The notes under the pieces are model-generated. The model searched no databases. It worked only from the letters and a program-made list of their open reading frames with translations, and was not told the origin of the DNA. The translations under genes were made by a program, and so were the position numbers. A stretch of 62,690 nucleotides of DNA, counting the filler, from Rhabdomonas costata (Eukaryota), in NCBI GenBank assembly GCA_019059605.1. It is 28 parts of 28 records of this genome, joined end to end, with 100 filler letters (N's around TTAATTAATTAA, not from the genome) between each part and the next. Parts side by side here need not be neighbours in the genome. Positions count along the whole stretch, not along the records: positions 35,907 to 38,047 come from JAHMHO010005331.1; positions 38,148 to 40,288 come from JAHMHO010005332.1; positions 40,389 to 42,529 come from JAHMHO010005333.1; positions 42,630 to 44,769 come from JAHMHO010005334.1; positions 44,870 to 47,009 come from JAHMHO010005335.1; positions 47,110 to 49,249 come from JAHMHO010005336.1; positions 49,350 to 51,489 come from JAHMHO010005337.1; 21 more parts are not named here. One strand, 5' to 3'. Shown piece after piece: positions 37,078 through 49,709 of the stretch; position 1 is the stretch's first letter, and every line of letters begins with the position of its first letter.

Positions 37078-39564
37078 CTGAGCGCATTGGGGAGGGAGGC
37101 AGTCAAGAAAATGCACGGCTTGCTAGAGAGAGTGGCAAGCAGCCATTCAGCTTCCCAAATGCAATGCACGGTTCTACTGAAAGACCCGGGCAGAAATTCC
37201 ACTAGACAGTCCTCCTCACAACTCACGGAATCCCACAAAAAGCTGCCATACCCGCGGAAACAAAATTCTCTGCCTCTGAACAACTGAACTTCATTCAACT
37301 GAATCATAGAAAATAGACTAGTTATTTTTGAATACTATCAGCATTTCCCTCAAAGCAGACCGATTTTGGGCATTTTTATGCTACATACGAGTTAAACAAG
37401 GCTGTAAGGAGGCACTCCCTGGAGGTGGCCCTTCAGGAGCCACCTTTGATCTCCCCCGGTATCCTGTGCTGCTCTTTCCCCTCGCAGCCGGACGGTTTGA
37501 GGTGACACCCACAAAGTTCCAGGAAATGGGGAGCACAGACAGATGCATTTCCCGTATCTTCAGATTAGCTTCTCAGAAGGCGGGCCATAGAAGAAAGCAA
37601 TGTCTTCTATTTAGTACAGTGACAAAATACAAGCACTTACAAGAGCACTTTTTAGTGGTGCACAAACTTGAGCAATTCGTGCCGATACCGTGGGAAGCGC
37701 AGTGGAAAACTGGCTGCATGGCTAAGCCCGTGCAGAATTGCAGATATCTACGAACTTTGCAAAATTGTAATACAATTACGACGTAGTTTTTAGACAGCAA
37801 GTTCGGAAAATCGAGTGGCCTTTTCAGCTCCTCCTGTATGTTTACAAAAAAGAGCCATTAATTAAATTTGCGGAATAAAAGTCCAAGGCGATCTTCACGT
37901 CAAAAAAGGAGTGTCGGCCGTGATAAAGACCCTTTTTAAGGCAACAGCGCCCCGCACCACACCAGGTCCCCACAACGCCGGTCTCGCGGTGAAAATATTC
38001 TTGCCCCCACTGATTTGTCATCCAGAAGACACACGAGCAAAGAAGGANNNNNNNNNNNNNNNNNNNNNNNNNNNNNNNNNNNNNNNNNNNNTTAATTAAT
38101 TAANNNNNNNNNNNNNNNNNNNNNNNNNNNNNNNNNNNNNNNNNNNNGGGGGGGGGGTCAGCAACGGTTTCCACCCAAAGGAGAGAAAGAAAAACAGGGG
38201 AAGGATGAATGGTGAGAAGACGGCCTTTTTTCTGGGCACTCTCGAGATTTGGTCGGGGACCTGCCTTTGCTAAGATGCGGGGGAATTCGCGGACAGATAT
38301 CCAAACGGCAGAAAGTGCACAGTGACCGCGAGCCAAGAATATTTCAATGGCAGAGGACCAGTTGGACTCATGGGAAAATCCAAAAATTAAAGTCATCATC
38401 AGGACAGTACACTTCCCCTCCTCTCCCCTTCTATAGGGAAAAATAGCATCATCTATTGGACACTAGCACAGTTTATCTCTCACGGTGCTGAGGTGAACAC
38501 AAAAAATCGTTAACATTAACAGGGAATGGGGTCTCCGCCTCATGGGTCGCAGCCGGTTGCGCCATGGGTTGGCCTCACCCCCAAAATAATATGCTGCCCC
38601 AATTGATTCGCAATGTCCCACGTTTTTGTAGCGGCGTTATACATTTAACACCCCTTCCTCACCAAAAATGCAAGCGTCCCCACCCAGGAGCCCTCCAAAC
38701 GTCCCTGTTCCAATCGAAGGACAACTTAGGGTTCGGCTCTCCAGAGGAGAACAAATGGGCACCTGTCAGCGAGTGTGGTGCGACCAAAGCAGTCATCCCT
38801 TGCTAGGGAACCTGAGACTTGCAGGACCGGGTTACAGAAAGAGAGCACAGACACAAAGAGTGAAGAGAGTCTTCGAGAAAAACGGTTTAGATGGACATGG
38901 CATACCGTGCGGCACAGGCATTCTGTGCCGTACCCAGAAAGCACTCCTTTCGTGGTCGCTCTCCGACGGCCCACGGTGATGATCAGCGAAGCCTCAGAGG
39001 CGAGGCCGCCCGAGCGGCGTGTGCGAGCACCCCCAGAGAGGGGGATGGCCCAGCACTGATACCAAGACACCATCCCCGAGTTGGGGGCAATCGCCACGGG
39101 CCGCATCTCCGAAGTGCTGTGCTGCGGTCGCGACTTTTGCTTACATTTCGCGCCCCAGTGTTCGACGTCTCGGAGGGAGCGAGGCGAGCAGAGAGGATGG
39201 TATATTGCGTTTTTCTTTAAGCCTGGGACCCGCGGGGCTGGAGGGAGCATCCTGGCGTGTCTTGTGGTGAGCCGTCACTCCGCGGCACCTGACAGTGCTA
39301 TGGGACCCCCCGTGCGAGCACCTTGGCGCGTCTTGACTAGAACCCCTTTTCTTTTCTTCCCCTTCTCCACCGTCTTTTCCTTTCACGCACAAACATGTAC
39401 AAACGTATACAAACATATACATTGTGCCAGTCACCCAAACCAAAAGACCACAACACCAAGTGGCCATGCATCATGGCTGAAAGGGAAGGGAAGTCACCCA
39501 AACCAAAATGAGATCTGCAAAAATGATTAAGAGCGGAGGGGGGAGGGGAGCGTGTGCCAGCCAC

Positions 39565-39868
39565 CGATGGTGAGGTTGTGGGGCCTCTTCTTTTGATGCG
39601 ACCCCACCACGAACAAACTGGCGTCGTTCTTGAACCCCAGGAACTCCAGGCTGCGGACCCCCTCGAAGGGGTGGAACTGGTTCCGCTTCGACAGCCGCAC
39701 GGCGTGTGGCTGGGCCAGCTGGTACAGCTCCCGCAGCGCCCCACTGACGACCTCGCTGGTGCGGCTGCCGCGCAGGAAGAGCGTGGTCTTGGGGTTCTCC
39801 TCGAGCTTGGGCTCGCGGTGCTGCAGCACCCGCTTGCTGCGGCGGTTCTTCGGAGGTCGCCGCAGCAT
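39565..39868 (-). CDS. RPF2: Ribosome biogenesis protein RPF2 (Brix domain), first exon
   Basis: PKNRRSKRVLQHREPKLEENPKTTLFLRG...HPFE...LEFLGFKNDASLFVVGSHQKKRPHNLTIG. Confidence 0.93.
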
Positions 39869-39899
39869 TGGTGGGAGGGGGAAAAGAGAGAAGTCGGTG

Positions 39900-39931
39900 A
39901 GAGTGAGTGAGTGAGTGAGTGAGTGAGTGAG
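39900..39931. repeat. (GAGT)n microsatellite just upstream of RPF2
   Basis: Seen directly. Confidence 0.9.
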
Positions 39932-40176
39932 AGGATGTACCTCTGCACACCCACAGGGGAAAAAGGTCTTCCTACTCCTACCTCTCCCACTCAGAGGGCG
40001 AGGGCTTTGGAGACCGGGAGAAGGGAAGAAGGAAGATCTGTGGGTGAAAATGGGTGCCAGAAAGGTGGCGGTGGTAAGCGAAAGCCGAGTTGAGCCTCGC
40101 GATGAGGGATCACACCTACGAGATTATCTGTATCAGGATGCTGTTAGCATGGTAATTAGCTTCATGGTCACTGTGA

Positions 40177-40285
40177 TGAATTCCCTTCCGATCCGTTCAT
40201 GTTCTGCCTCCTTTCGTTTGCATGCTTACATCAGAGATACAAGGACGAAAGGAGGCAGAACATGAACGGATCGGAAGGGAATTCA
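40177..40285. repeat. Perfect 41-bp inverted repeat with 27-nt loop at contig end
   Basis: tgaattcccttccgatccgttcatgttctgcctcctttcgt (40177-40217) and its reverse complement (40245-40285). Confidence 0.95.
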
Positions 40286-40899
40286 CCANNNNNNNNNNNN
40301 NNNNNNNNNNNNNNNNNNNNNNNNNNNNNNNNTTAATTAATTAANNNNNNNNNNNNNNNNNNNNNNNNNNNNNNNNNNNNNNNNNNNNAAGTAACCCACA
40401 GAGAGGGAAGCCAGAGGGAGGGCAGCCTGGCCAGCCTCGTCTCCCCCGTGCCGCAGCTGGTGGCGCTGAAGCCAGGCTTGGAGCAGCGAATGGAGGTCTC
40501 CTTCGCCAGTCCCTCCAAGGTCTTTTGGATCGACGTCCCCAAATACCTCGGTACGTCCGCAACCAGACGCCTGGTGGGTGGGTGGGGATAGAGCGCATTT
40601 ATTTTTATCAGGTTTATTGGCAATTTTTCATCGCTGCATTGGTGACGAAGTACCAGCAGGTGGAGAACGTTATCCATCGAAGACCCCTGCATTGTTCTCT
40701 TCTGAGTGCCAACAAATGTGCTTAGTGGTACTTACCATTGACAGCCGTATCTTCCCTGCGCCTTTGAGAAAATGGGAAAGTTGGAGGAGCACTGTTTTGT
40801 TTTTCTTTGGCCTTGTCTTTTCTTTATCGCCACATGGCCGTGGCCGATGTCATAATCGATTTGGCTTGAAAGATAACCCTCTTGCTCCTTATCCTTCAG

Positions 40900-42410
40900 A
40901 GATTGTGATCGAACTGTATGAAACCAACACGGCCGCGAGGTGCAACCTCTACGCGTCGAACCTAACGGAGAATCCCACTGCCAGCAACGCCCTGTGGAAG
41001 GTATCTCGTCGTGGGGCAATCGCACTTGTTGTGCCAAAGCTCTCCCCAACCCACTTTTGCAAGGGGAACTTAGGATTTGAAACGGTTTTTCAGTATCTCT
41101 TGTAGTGAGCCCCAGATAGTGTTCAAGTTTTCCCGGGGACGCGTTTGCCTCGTCTCCCTTTTAGTGGCCGTGCAAGCTTTGCTTTTTCAACCTTGTGATC
41201 CGAATGAAAAACGAAAGGTTCAAGACGCGCAGCCCCGAAAGAAGATCACCATTCTCCCCGTGGACCCGTTGTACCAGCTTGGGTCCTTGAACGTTGCTGT
41301 GATTTACCAGAAGCAGTCCGGTGTCGCCCTGTTCGGAATAATGTACAATGTGCGAGGTGCTTGATTCTCAGCATTTTCCCTCCACCGCAGCCCTCTTGCA
41401 TTTATATAAGATAAGCTTCATCCCGAAACTTTAGTTTAGGTTAGTATGTTACGAGTTTCCCCATGTCCTGGGAACGCTATAAAGTGCCGTTAGTCTGGTA
41501 AGTGTGTATAGGATACGTTTTAAACGTTTTCTTGTTACTGAGGCTAAAAAGCGCGTGTTCTGAGTTTACGGTGTTACGTGCCATATCGAGACGCTCCGTG
41601 CAGCGTTGAAAAGCATTCATTGTGAAAATCCACACTAACATATAATGAAACATTGCGGCAACATGACGGATATAAGCACCTCAGCGCCGTTTTTTCGTAT
41701 GAAAACCCCGCATGTGTGTGTGTGCTTGTGTGCTTAGAAGTGTACACGGCGACCTGGGTGTTCAAGAATGGGATGAAGTATAGCGGGGTGTGGAAGGCCG
41801 ACAAGATGAGCGGCCAGGGCACCGCGGAGTGGCCCAGGGCGGACGGGGCTGTAGAGCGCTACGTGGGGGGCTGGCTGGCTGGGAAGAAGCACGGCAAGGT
41901 AGGCCCTACCACAGAGCAAATGCTTCCTAAACATTGGCTTCCTCTCTCCCGGTCTCACACCTTTTTTTTTGCACACTCTTACACGCCCTTGTTTTTGTTC
42001 TGGGCTCCATTCCAGTTATTCAGATGAGACTTTTTGCCATTTGCCATGATATGATTGCTGTACCGTGCTTGGTGAAGGTCCTATCGCATTCTCCTCCGCC
42101 TCCGCATCGATTACTGTTGTTTACTTTGGTATTTCAATCATTTTCAGCCCTTCACCGTGGAGGTCATAATAATAATATTATTATTATATATGATTAATAT
42201 TATTATTATATTATTTTTTGCTCCCCGCACGCGCGGTGCCCTTCCGCCCATTGCTTGTGACCTCGCGGAAGAACGCACCAGGTCGGGAGGTCCTGATGCC
42301 TTGGGCTTGCTTTGCAGGGAACGTACACGTGGCCGAACAAGACCTACGAGGGGGACTGGGCCGATGGCCAGCGCAACGGGTTTGGAACTCTGACCTGCCT
42401 CACTGGCGAG
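40900..42410 (+). CDS. MORN-repeat protein (partial)
   Basis: Exon 41738-41898: KYSGVWKADKMSGQGT...RYVGGWLAGKKHGK. Exon 42318-42410: GTYTWPNKTYEGDWADGQRNGFG. In-phase upstream exons EIVIELYE... and VQDAQPRKKIT...LGSLNVAVIY are weakly C2-like. Confidence 0.88.
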
Positions 42411-44952
42411 GTATCCGCATAGAGCCTGCGAAACGACGTGGAAAAGCCCAAGAAATGAACAAATAACGTTCTCTATTGTCGTCGAGTCGCGCAGATTCAC
42501 ATTTACATCTCTCGACCCACCCCCACCACNNNNNNNNNNNNNNNNNNNNNNNNNNNNNNNNNNNNNNNNNNNNTTAATTAATTAANNNNNNNNNNNNNNN
42601 NNNNNNNNNNNNNNNNNNNNNNNNNNNNNTTTGGGTGTCGGTTTAAAATAAATGTTGCGCGTTTCCTGTTTGTGGTGCGTTCTTTGTTTTTTCTTTGCGC
42701 TGAAACTATTCCTGTTTCACAACGCAGCCGCTGTGTCTGGGAAAGCCGCACACGCAAGCAATATGTATCGCAGCGCCTCTCTGCTTTCTCGTTTCGTTCC
42801 TGCCGCTAATGCGCTCTCCTTTCCCATACTTGCCAACTTGTCTTTGTTTGCGTGTTTGCTTTTGCTCCGATAACTTCCGTGCACTTTTAGGTGTGTGTGT
42901 GTGTGTGTGCGTGATCTTCGCTTCAAAGCTGTGCGCCTATCGTCCCGCCCGCGCGTTTCTGGAACAACATCTACACCAACACAGCATTGTAAGCAAGATC
43001 GCGGATGCCGCCGTTGGCGAGGCTGACTTGCAAGAACGCCAACCACAATAACCACCTTTCTACCATTGCCGAACTTTGGCCATCCTGTCCCAAATTACTT
43101 TTTGTCGCCGACATCCCAGCAGATATCCCAGAGTATGTGCACATAGGCTCCTCCTACTTCTTGTCAGAATGGGCAGCAGCACAAACAAACAAGCCTTTTT
43201 GTCGTAAATCACAAAACACTCGTGCCCACACAAATTGCAGGGAAGAAATCGTAAAAGGCAGGCTGTAAAGTCAGTACACACCCCCAGGTTTGGCTGAAGA
43301 AAGAGAACCAGCCGCACCTGTTTGTGCGTGCGCCCGCGCCCGCGCGCGCTCGTGTATATGGAAGAGCGCACGGTGAACGGTGACGGTGTCACTGCCTGGG
43401 ACAAAGAATAAATGGGCACGGGAAAAACTAAGTATTTAAGGGTGGGGGACCCCGTCGTTATTCATTTTCCGTGCGATTTTACGGAGCAAAAAAAAGAGCC
43501 CTGTATGCACATAAACACATGCAAAAAAAACATCTACTCTAATAACATCTACTGTGTACTGAAGCAAGAAGAACCTCCCAAAAGCGCTGTTCGGTTGAAA
43601 TCAAGCCCAACCAATCCTCTTTTTACTCCCCATACAGCATCCCCGTGTGCCCTCCATGGCACTCGCAGTGCTTGTGAAGGTTGGAAAACGGGCAAGCATC
43701 CATGTGGACCAACTTCGCCAAGTGAGGAGCTGTGCACTGCTGGATATCGTCCCATTGGTCGGGGGGTGAGGGAAGAAGGCCTTGTCGGAACACATTGGGC
43801 GGTCACATGATGAGAGAAAGAAAGGTTGAAGGAGAAGATGGTGTAGGGAACTCCGAACTGCTGCCATACTGCCGCAGAACCTCGATGTTTACTTCACTGC
43901 TTACCTGTTCGGGATTCTGAACGAAATTAAAAGACGCGATGATGATTTCCCTATTGATTTCCCTATTACGCGCCCAGACAACAAATTTCCGTAAAAGCAT
44001 ACCACCGGCACCTCAATGCTCTTTTAAAATAAAAATGTGCTAATTAACACATTTGTATTTAAAAAGTATTCTTCATTAATTGCAGCTTTTTTGGTATGCT
44101 GTGAAGGTAGAAATATATGCTTAATTGAGGGATTTTAATTTTTGGATCAGATTATTTTTGGATAATATTTTTTGTCCAAAATCCGAAATTAGTCCTGATC
44201 CAAAATCAATCCAAATAAAAAAAAGAGAAAACACCGCACGATCGCCGGCAATCGCCCCAGTTCCGTCCTGTTGTCTTCAATCGGCACAACTGAGATAAAT
44301 GATCAGTGAACCATCCCCTCGCAAATAGAAGGATTTGTTGCTATGGTTTGGGGGTTAAAGACTTTTGCGCTGTACTGTTGTCATCCGGCCCAATGACATT
44401 CGTGCAAATATTCACACTCCACCTTCACCCGTTCGGCCCAGAAAATGGTGGAATGATGAGTGAGCCAGGGAGTGAGGCAGGCGAACCGCGTTTTCACTTG
44501 TCAACCCAGCTATATCATACACCTATACCACTGGAGGATCAAAGCGCGGAAAGAAAATGGGAAACAAAGAAGCAACCTGATGGACGCCTTCAGGCGTCCC
44601 AAATACACCGTTGCCAGAATCCATAGCGGATGCGAAATAAGGCAGCTGAAGAGGTAAACCGCGAAGGGCATCAAGAAGTAGGCTCAGTCAAAGGCCAACC
44701 GACTACATCGGCAAGCCTGTTCTTCACCCAGAAAGGTGCAGACGCCTCCTCTAGGCGCCCCACCACCCCNNNNNNNNNNNNNNNNNNNNNNNNNNNNNNN
44801 NNNNNNNNNNNNNTTAATTAATTAANNNNNNNNNNNNNNNNNNNNNNNNNNNNNNNNNNNNNNNNNNNNGGGCGGTGTTGTGCCGATGCAATCACTCGTC
44901 ATTCTTCTGAAATGCCGATGGGTTTTCGTGGACATTTGTTTCGGATTCGCAG

Positions 44953-46756
44953 GGATATCGTGGGCTTTAGCACGCTGTGCGAGCGGGTTCCCGCGGAGCA
45001 GCTGATTCTTCTCACTTCGGAGTACCTGCAAGCCATGTGCGAGATCATTGACAGTTCCAAGGGAACTCTGGACAAGGTTGGGATGCACGAAAGAAAGCGC
45101 GGCGTCTTTGACCTCCTCCTCCCTGAAGAATGTGTGTTGTGCTGGCGAGTCCTCCTCAGCTTGGGTTGGTCCACCATATCGGTGAAGGAATGTTGTGCGA
45201 AGTCACGATGCTGATCATGTTTGAAGGGAAGCTCTTCCTTTGTACGGGTCAGAGGACCGCATGTGTGAATTCTACTCTGTAGCGGGGTGAAGCCACCGGT
45301 ATTATGCCCGTAGCCTCTGGAGTCCCCCGGAGTCTCTTTTCTTTCCGCTGTTCGCGGGTTGCTGCGCTGAAGTTCTTCATCTTCATATCTCTCACATGAG
45401 CTTTCTGATTCCCGATCCGATCCCTGGTGGGCTATGCATGGGTGAGTGATTTTTTTTGGCTCAGTTCATTGGGGACTGCATTATGGCGCTGTGGAACGTG
45501 CCGGAGCACCATGCTCACCATGAAGAGGCGGCCGTGGGCGCCGCGCTGGACATGCAGGTCAGGCTGTCGGAGCTGCACAGCGAGTGGCATGCTAAGGACC
45601 TACCATCGGTCAGGTGCGCTCCTACGCAATTGGTCAATAATGGCCGTGCTTGTATCGTTCCTGGTGGATTTTCTTAATGGGATAGGGTTGGGAAGGAGAA
45701 GATGGCGTTTGGCTTTTGCCGGTGATTTGTTACAGCAACTGCATTAGGACCACTGCCCACACGTTCCCTGCAAAAACACATTTGGGAAAGTAATGAAGGT
45801 GAGGCGCGTAACAAGAAGAGGCGCGCAGTCTACACAAAAGGGACAATGATTTGCGGACGTTGGGAATGACGAATCAAAGCAACCTTACTGATGCACTAAA
45901 AATTACAGCTGTCTAGCCAAGTACAGGGCAGGGGATTAAGCGTCCCCAGGGTGGGTTTCTTTTTTTGCTTTTCCGCGGTAGAGTTCGGATTGGGATCAAC
46001 ACGGACACGGTGCTGGTCGGAAATTTCGGGTGTCAGTACCGCATTACCTACACTGTTCTGGGAGATGGGGTGAACCTTGCAAGCCGCCTGGAGGGTGCCA
46101 ACAAGGCATGCGATCCTTCCGCCCCATTCCGCTTCTTTTAGACCCACTCTTTACTTTCCTCCCCACTCCAAGGACCCGTCGGACCCGCGGGGAACCTGTC
46201 TGCGTGTGCTTTTGTGATGGGTTTGCACCTTGTGTGTCTGCAAATGGGACCCTGGTTGCTGTACGTATTACATCTGCTATCTCGTCTCCCACTCGGTCCC
46301 ATTGTGTCCTTTTAAGGACAGACATGCTGTGTTCCAGTACCCAGTTTAGGGGGATGAGGAGGGATAGAGAGTACATGAAAGTTCCTGTGGTTGTGGAAGT
46401 GAAGTGCCCTAAGTCAAGGACATCCCAGCGCGTTATTCCGGTGTGTGGTCTTGCCCAGCCCTTCGGCACGGTGGCCCTGGCCACGGAGTCAACCCGGGCC
46501 AACGCTCTCTCCGCCTTTGCCTTTCGCTTCCTGGGCAACATTACCGTTCCGGGGAAGGTCCAGGTGCTGGCCGTGTACGAGCCCCTGTACCGCATCCCCT
46601 CTGGAAGCCGCCCCCGCACCGGCAGTGAGAGCGCAAGAAGCGGCTTCAGTGGTCTTGCCTCCAGCTTCACACTAAATGAGGGAAGCCCGAGCAGCAGTCC
46701 ACGCCACCCGTTGTGCCCGGGTGGTGGACCTGAGCTTCACAATTTCATGCGTTCAG
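44953..46756 (+). CDS. Class III adenylyl cyclase catalytic domain (partial, 4 exons)
   Basis: 44953-45076 [10 protein letters not shown]...GTLDK | 45465-45613 [11 protein letters not shown] | 45982-46105 [15 protein letters not shown]...[19 protein letters not shown] | 46459- PFGT...VPGK...VYE. Catalytic D, D, N, R and the ATP-specifying K are present. Confidence 0.95.
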
Positions 46757-47665
46757 GTGCCTTTTTGATGAAAGAATGGCCAGTTTTGGGAACTGGTTCG
46801 GATCCTCCCCCTCCTCCCCTGCGAAGGCATATTTCGTGATTTGGTGTCTTCTGTGTGGTGGCTTCTGTGTTTTCGATTGCGCGTGTCACAAAAAAAGTCT
46901 GCCCAGCCATGGTTAGTTCTTAGCCAGCTCCAGAATTGACGTGCAAACTAAGAATACATATCCAGGGAATACTGGCACAGGTAACCCACAACCCAAACAC
47001 ACCCGACACNNNNNNNNNNNNNNNNNNNNNNNNNNNNNNNNNNNNNNNNNNNNTTAATTAATTAANNNNNNNNNNNNNNNNNNNNNNNNNNNNNNNNNNN
47101 NNNNNNNNNGGGGGGTGGAGGCAGAAGCCAGAGGAGGTGAGGAGGACTGGCAACTTGACTTGTTCTCATGTTTGTGGATTCTATGTTATCTTCCGTGAAA
47201 CGGCAATCGTTTACATTGAATTGATGGAGGCACCAATTATTTCGACGAAAGTGTCTGTTGCCAGGGACAAGCGGTTCCACTGCACTCCTTTATACACGTG
47301 GCATCAGGTGGTCGCTTTGGCCGCCCCAATAACACCTTTGAAAAAAGTGTCACCTTATATTATCATCACTTACAGGAGTGGCGCACCCTCATCTCCCTCT
47401 CCAATGCGCCGCTGTTCCCTATGTTTCCTGAAGAGGGCGCAAATCCACTGTGTCTCAGCAAGCGTTGGTATCTCCATGATGGAATTTTGTCTCATCGCCA
47501 CTGCCACGTAACAATGCCAATTTTTTGTGCTTTTTTCACACAGCGAGAAGTCTCAAGAGGGCCCCTTGTACTGTTCACTGCAAATTTGGGCTTGTGTCTG
47601 TGTGAAGGAAAGGGCCGGAGGATGGAAATCGTGAACCCTTGAGCTGTGATTTTGCTCTTGGAAAC

Positions 47666-48822
47666 ATGAGCTCCACGGCATCTGCTGTGTCATGGCTGTT
47701 GAGGCCCACCGCCCCTTCGCTGTGCGCGACGGGAAAATTTCTGCCCTCGTGCGCCACCCCGTGCGTTGCGCTGAGCGCCCACGGAGAGGTAGTGGTGTAC
47801 CAGCTGGCGGGCCCTCCACAGAGGCAGCCAGGTAGCCTGCGCTCTTGCAGTTTTTGCAAGTGGAGACAAGAGATCGGAAGATTTTCCCCCTTGCTACTGT
47901 GTGTTTATGTTCACCATGGTCCATCCAAGCTCGCAGTGATTAAGGGCCGGGGGCTGCGACCACCCAAGTGGGCGTGAATGTAAAGAAAAGAAGCCCAATA
48001 AAAACAACTAGGTAACCCCTTTCCACTTTCTGGGATTCCGTTTATAGTTCATTTTGCGATGATAAGTGGCAATGTGTCGATCCTATGACCAGGATTTTTG
48101 GTTCCTCGGGGAAACACAGTGGTGCTCTTTGCCTGGGTGGGGGGGCAGTATTAACTCTTTCGAAGCCCAATGAGAGCAACAGTGAAAAGTGATAGCCCGA
48201 TTTTTTATGTCAATGAGGTTGTTGTGACGCCCTGGTCAGTGACTGACCTAGAGCCGTCACAAGGGTAGAGTAGAGGAGTAGCAATCACGAATCCTATACT
48301 TGTCGTGGTTTTGGTTTCAGTACAAAGTATCTTTTAGCAAGTCCATTCATTGCCTGGAAACCGAAACTGGTGGAGTGTGTCCGAAACACGGTCATTAATC
48401 AAGAAGCTAGCCTTGGACCGATCCCACATGCTCGTGAATACGTATTGTGCCAATCTAACAAAGAAGTGTTTTGAGGGTTGGTTTCAGGATTAATATTTCC
48501 GGACTGTCCTATGTATGCATGTTTACTTTTTGCTTCGATCGATGCAATGTATGCTAGTCGGTGTTAACTGCATTTCATTGATATGTCAGGTCTCACCTCC
48601 GCGGCCTCGACAGTATTTCCCCGCGCTGTGATTCAGCTTCTGGCGGTTCCCACCAAAAACTCCCCACTTGCCGCCGATGTGCTTTTTCTCCTCACGGATG
48701 ACCTGCAGTGGCACCTGCTGCGCCTTCAGCCCTGCGCCGAAATAGCGGGTGGTGACCCATTCACAGCGGTTCATCTATCGCAAGGATCCCTTCAGGGCCG
48801 CGGCGAAGGGACAGCAGTTCGG
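47666..48822 (+). CDS. DDB1/RSE1/CPSF1-family beta-propeller protein, N-terminus (most like DDB1, divergent)
   Basis: Exon 47666-47831: LRPTAPSLCATGKF...VVVYQL. Exon from 48590: GL...DVLFLLT...SQGSLQGR. Parallels DDB1 KPTAV..CVTGHF...LEIY...GL...DLLFILT...HGNVQDR. Confidence 0.65.
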
Positions 48823-49709
48823 GTGAAAGGTGGATAGGGAGGTGGACCTTCCAGTTACAACTCCCCACGGTCGGTTTATGCCACCAACACGAGGCCGCTA
48901 TCCTTGGGGCAGTCCTAAGTGCTCAGCGTGGGCAATCTGATCAGCCAGCAGCAGCCTTTGCAATTGTTCCGATGTGTAAGAAGGTTAGGATGCTCGAATG
49001 GTGGGGACTTGGTGGTGAATAAGGGTTGTGCGCAATCACTTGAAATGCTTATTCATCATCCTATGGTATGTCTCCAAACTCAGAAGGTCTCAAAAAATAC
49101 GTAAACGCGAATTAATCAGTATAGGTAGTATTCTTTTGTGGTTGGACGGATGGAGATTATAGTTCCAAGAATTTCCGCAAACCGTGCACATACCTTCCAG
49201 TGAAAGATAGAGAGGTGCGCCTGAAAGAGACTCAGTTCCCACCCCAACANNNNNNNNNNNNNNNNNNNNNNNNNNNNNNNNNNNNNNNNNNNNTTAATTA
49301 ATTAANNNNNNNNNNNNNNNNNNNNNNNNNNNNNNNNNNNNNNNNNNNNGGGGGGTGGGGGGTTGCAGGCCGTATTATTGTTGGCTCCACTCTTCATTTA
49401 GGGGTCTGCGCGGGATTAGAGGGACTTTTTGCGAAGTTTTGTTTGCTTGACATGCGCGGAAGCTTCTGTGTCAGAGGTGCCAAATGAGGAGCATGAATCG
49501 CTCATTGATCAGCCACAATTGTTCTGTTTGTCTGTCAGGGTGCGATCCGGTATCTGCTCCAGTGATCTTAGTTGGGACTGCATCAAGGGCTTCGCTTCAC
49601 CGGCGTGCGCGCGCGGCTCGTGCCTGCGATCGGCTTACGAACGCATGCGCACGCATGCGCAAGATGATGGGACCATGATGCGTGCTGTAGGCCCTTCGAC
49701 TGCCCATCT

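Noticed and set aside
42630-44769. Short ORFs on this contig, and likewise on 2244-4390, 33664-35806 and 51590-53729
   Set aside because: Some exon-like pieces exist, but I could not establish a consistent splice path or a recognisable family, so no gene was called.
46030-46458. N-terminal half of the 269-aa ORF 46030-46839
   Set aside because: It is out-of-frame exon plus intron read-through. Only the part from 46459 matches the cyclase.
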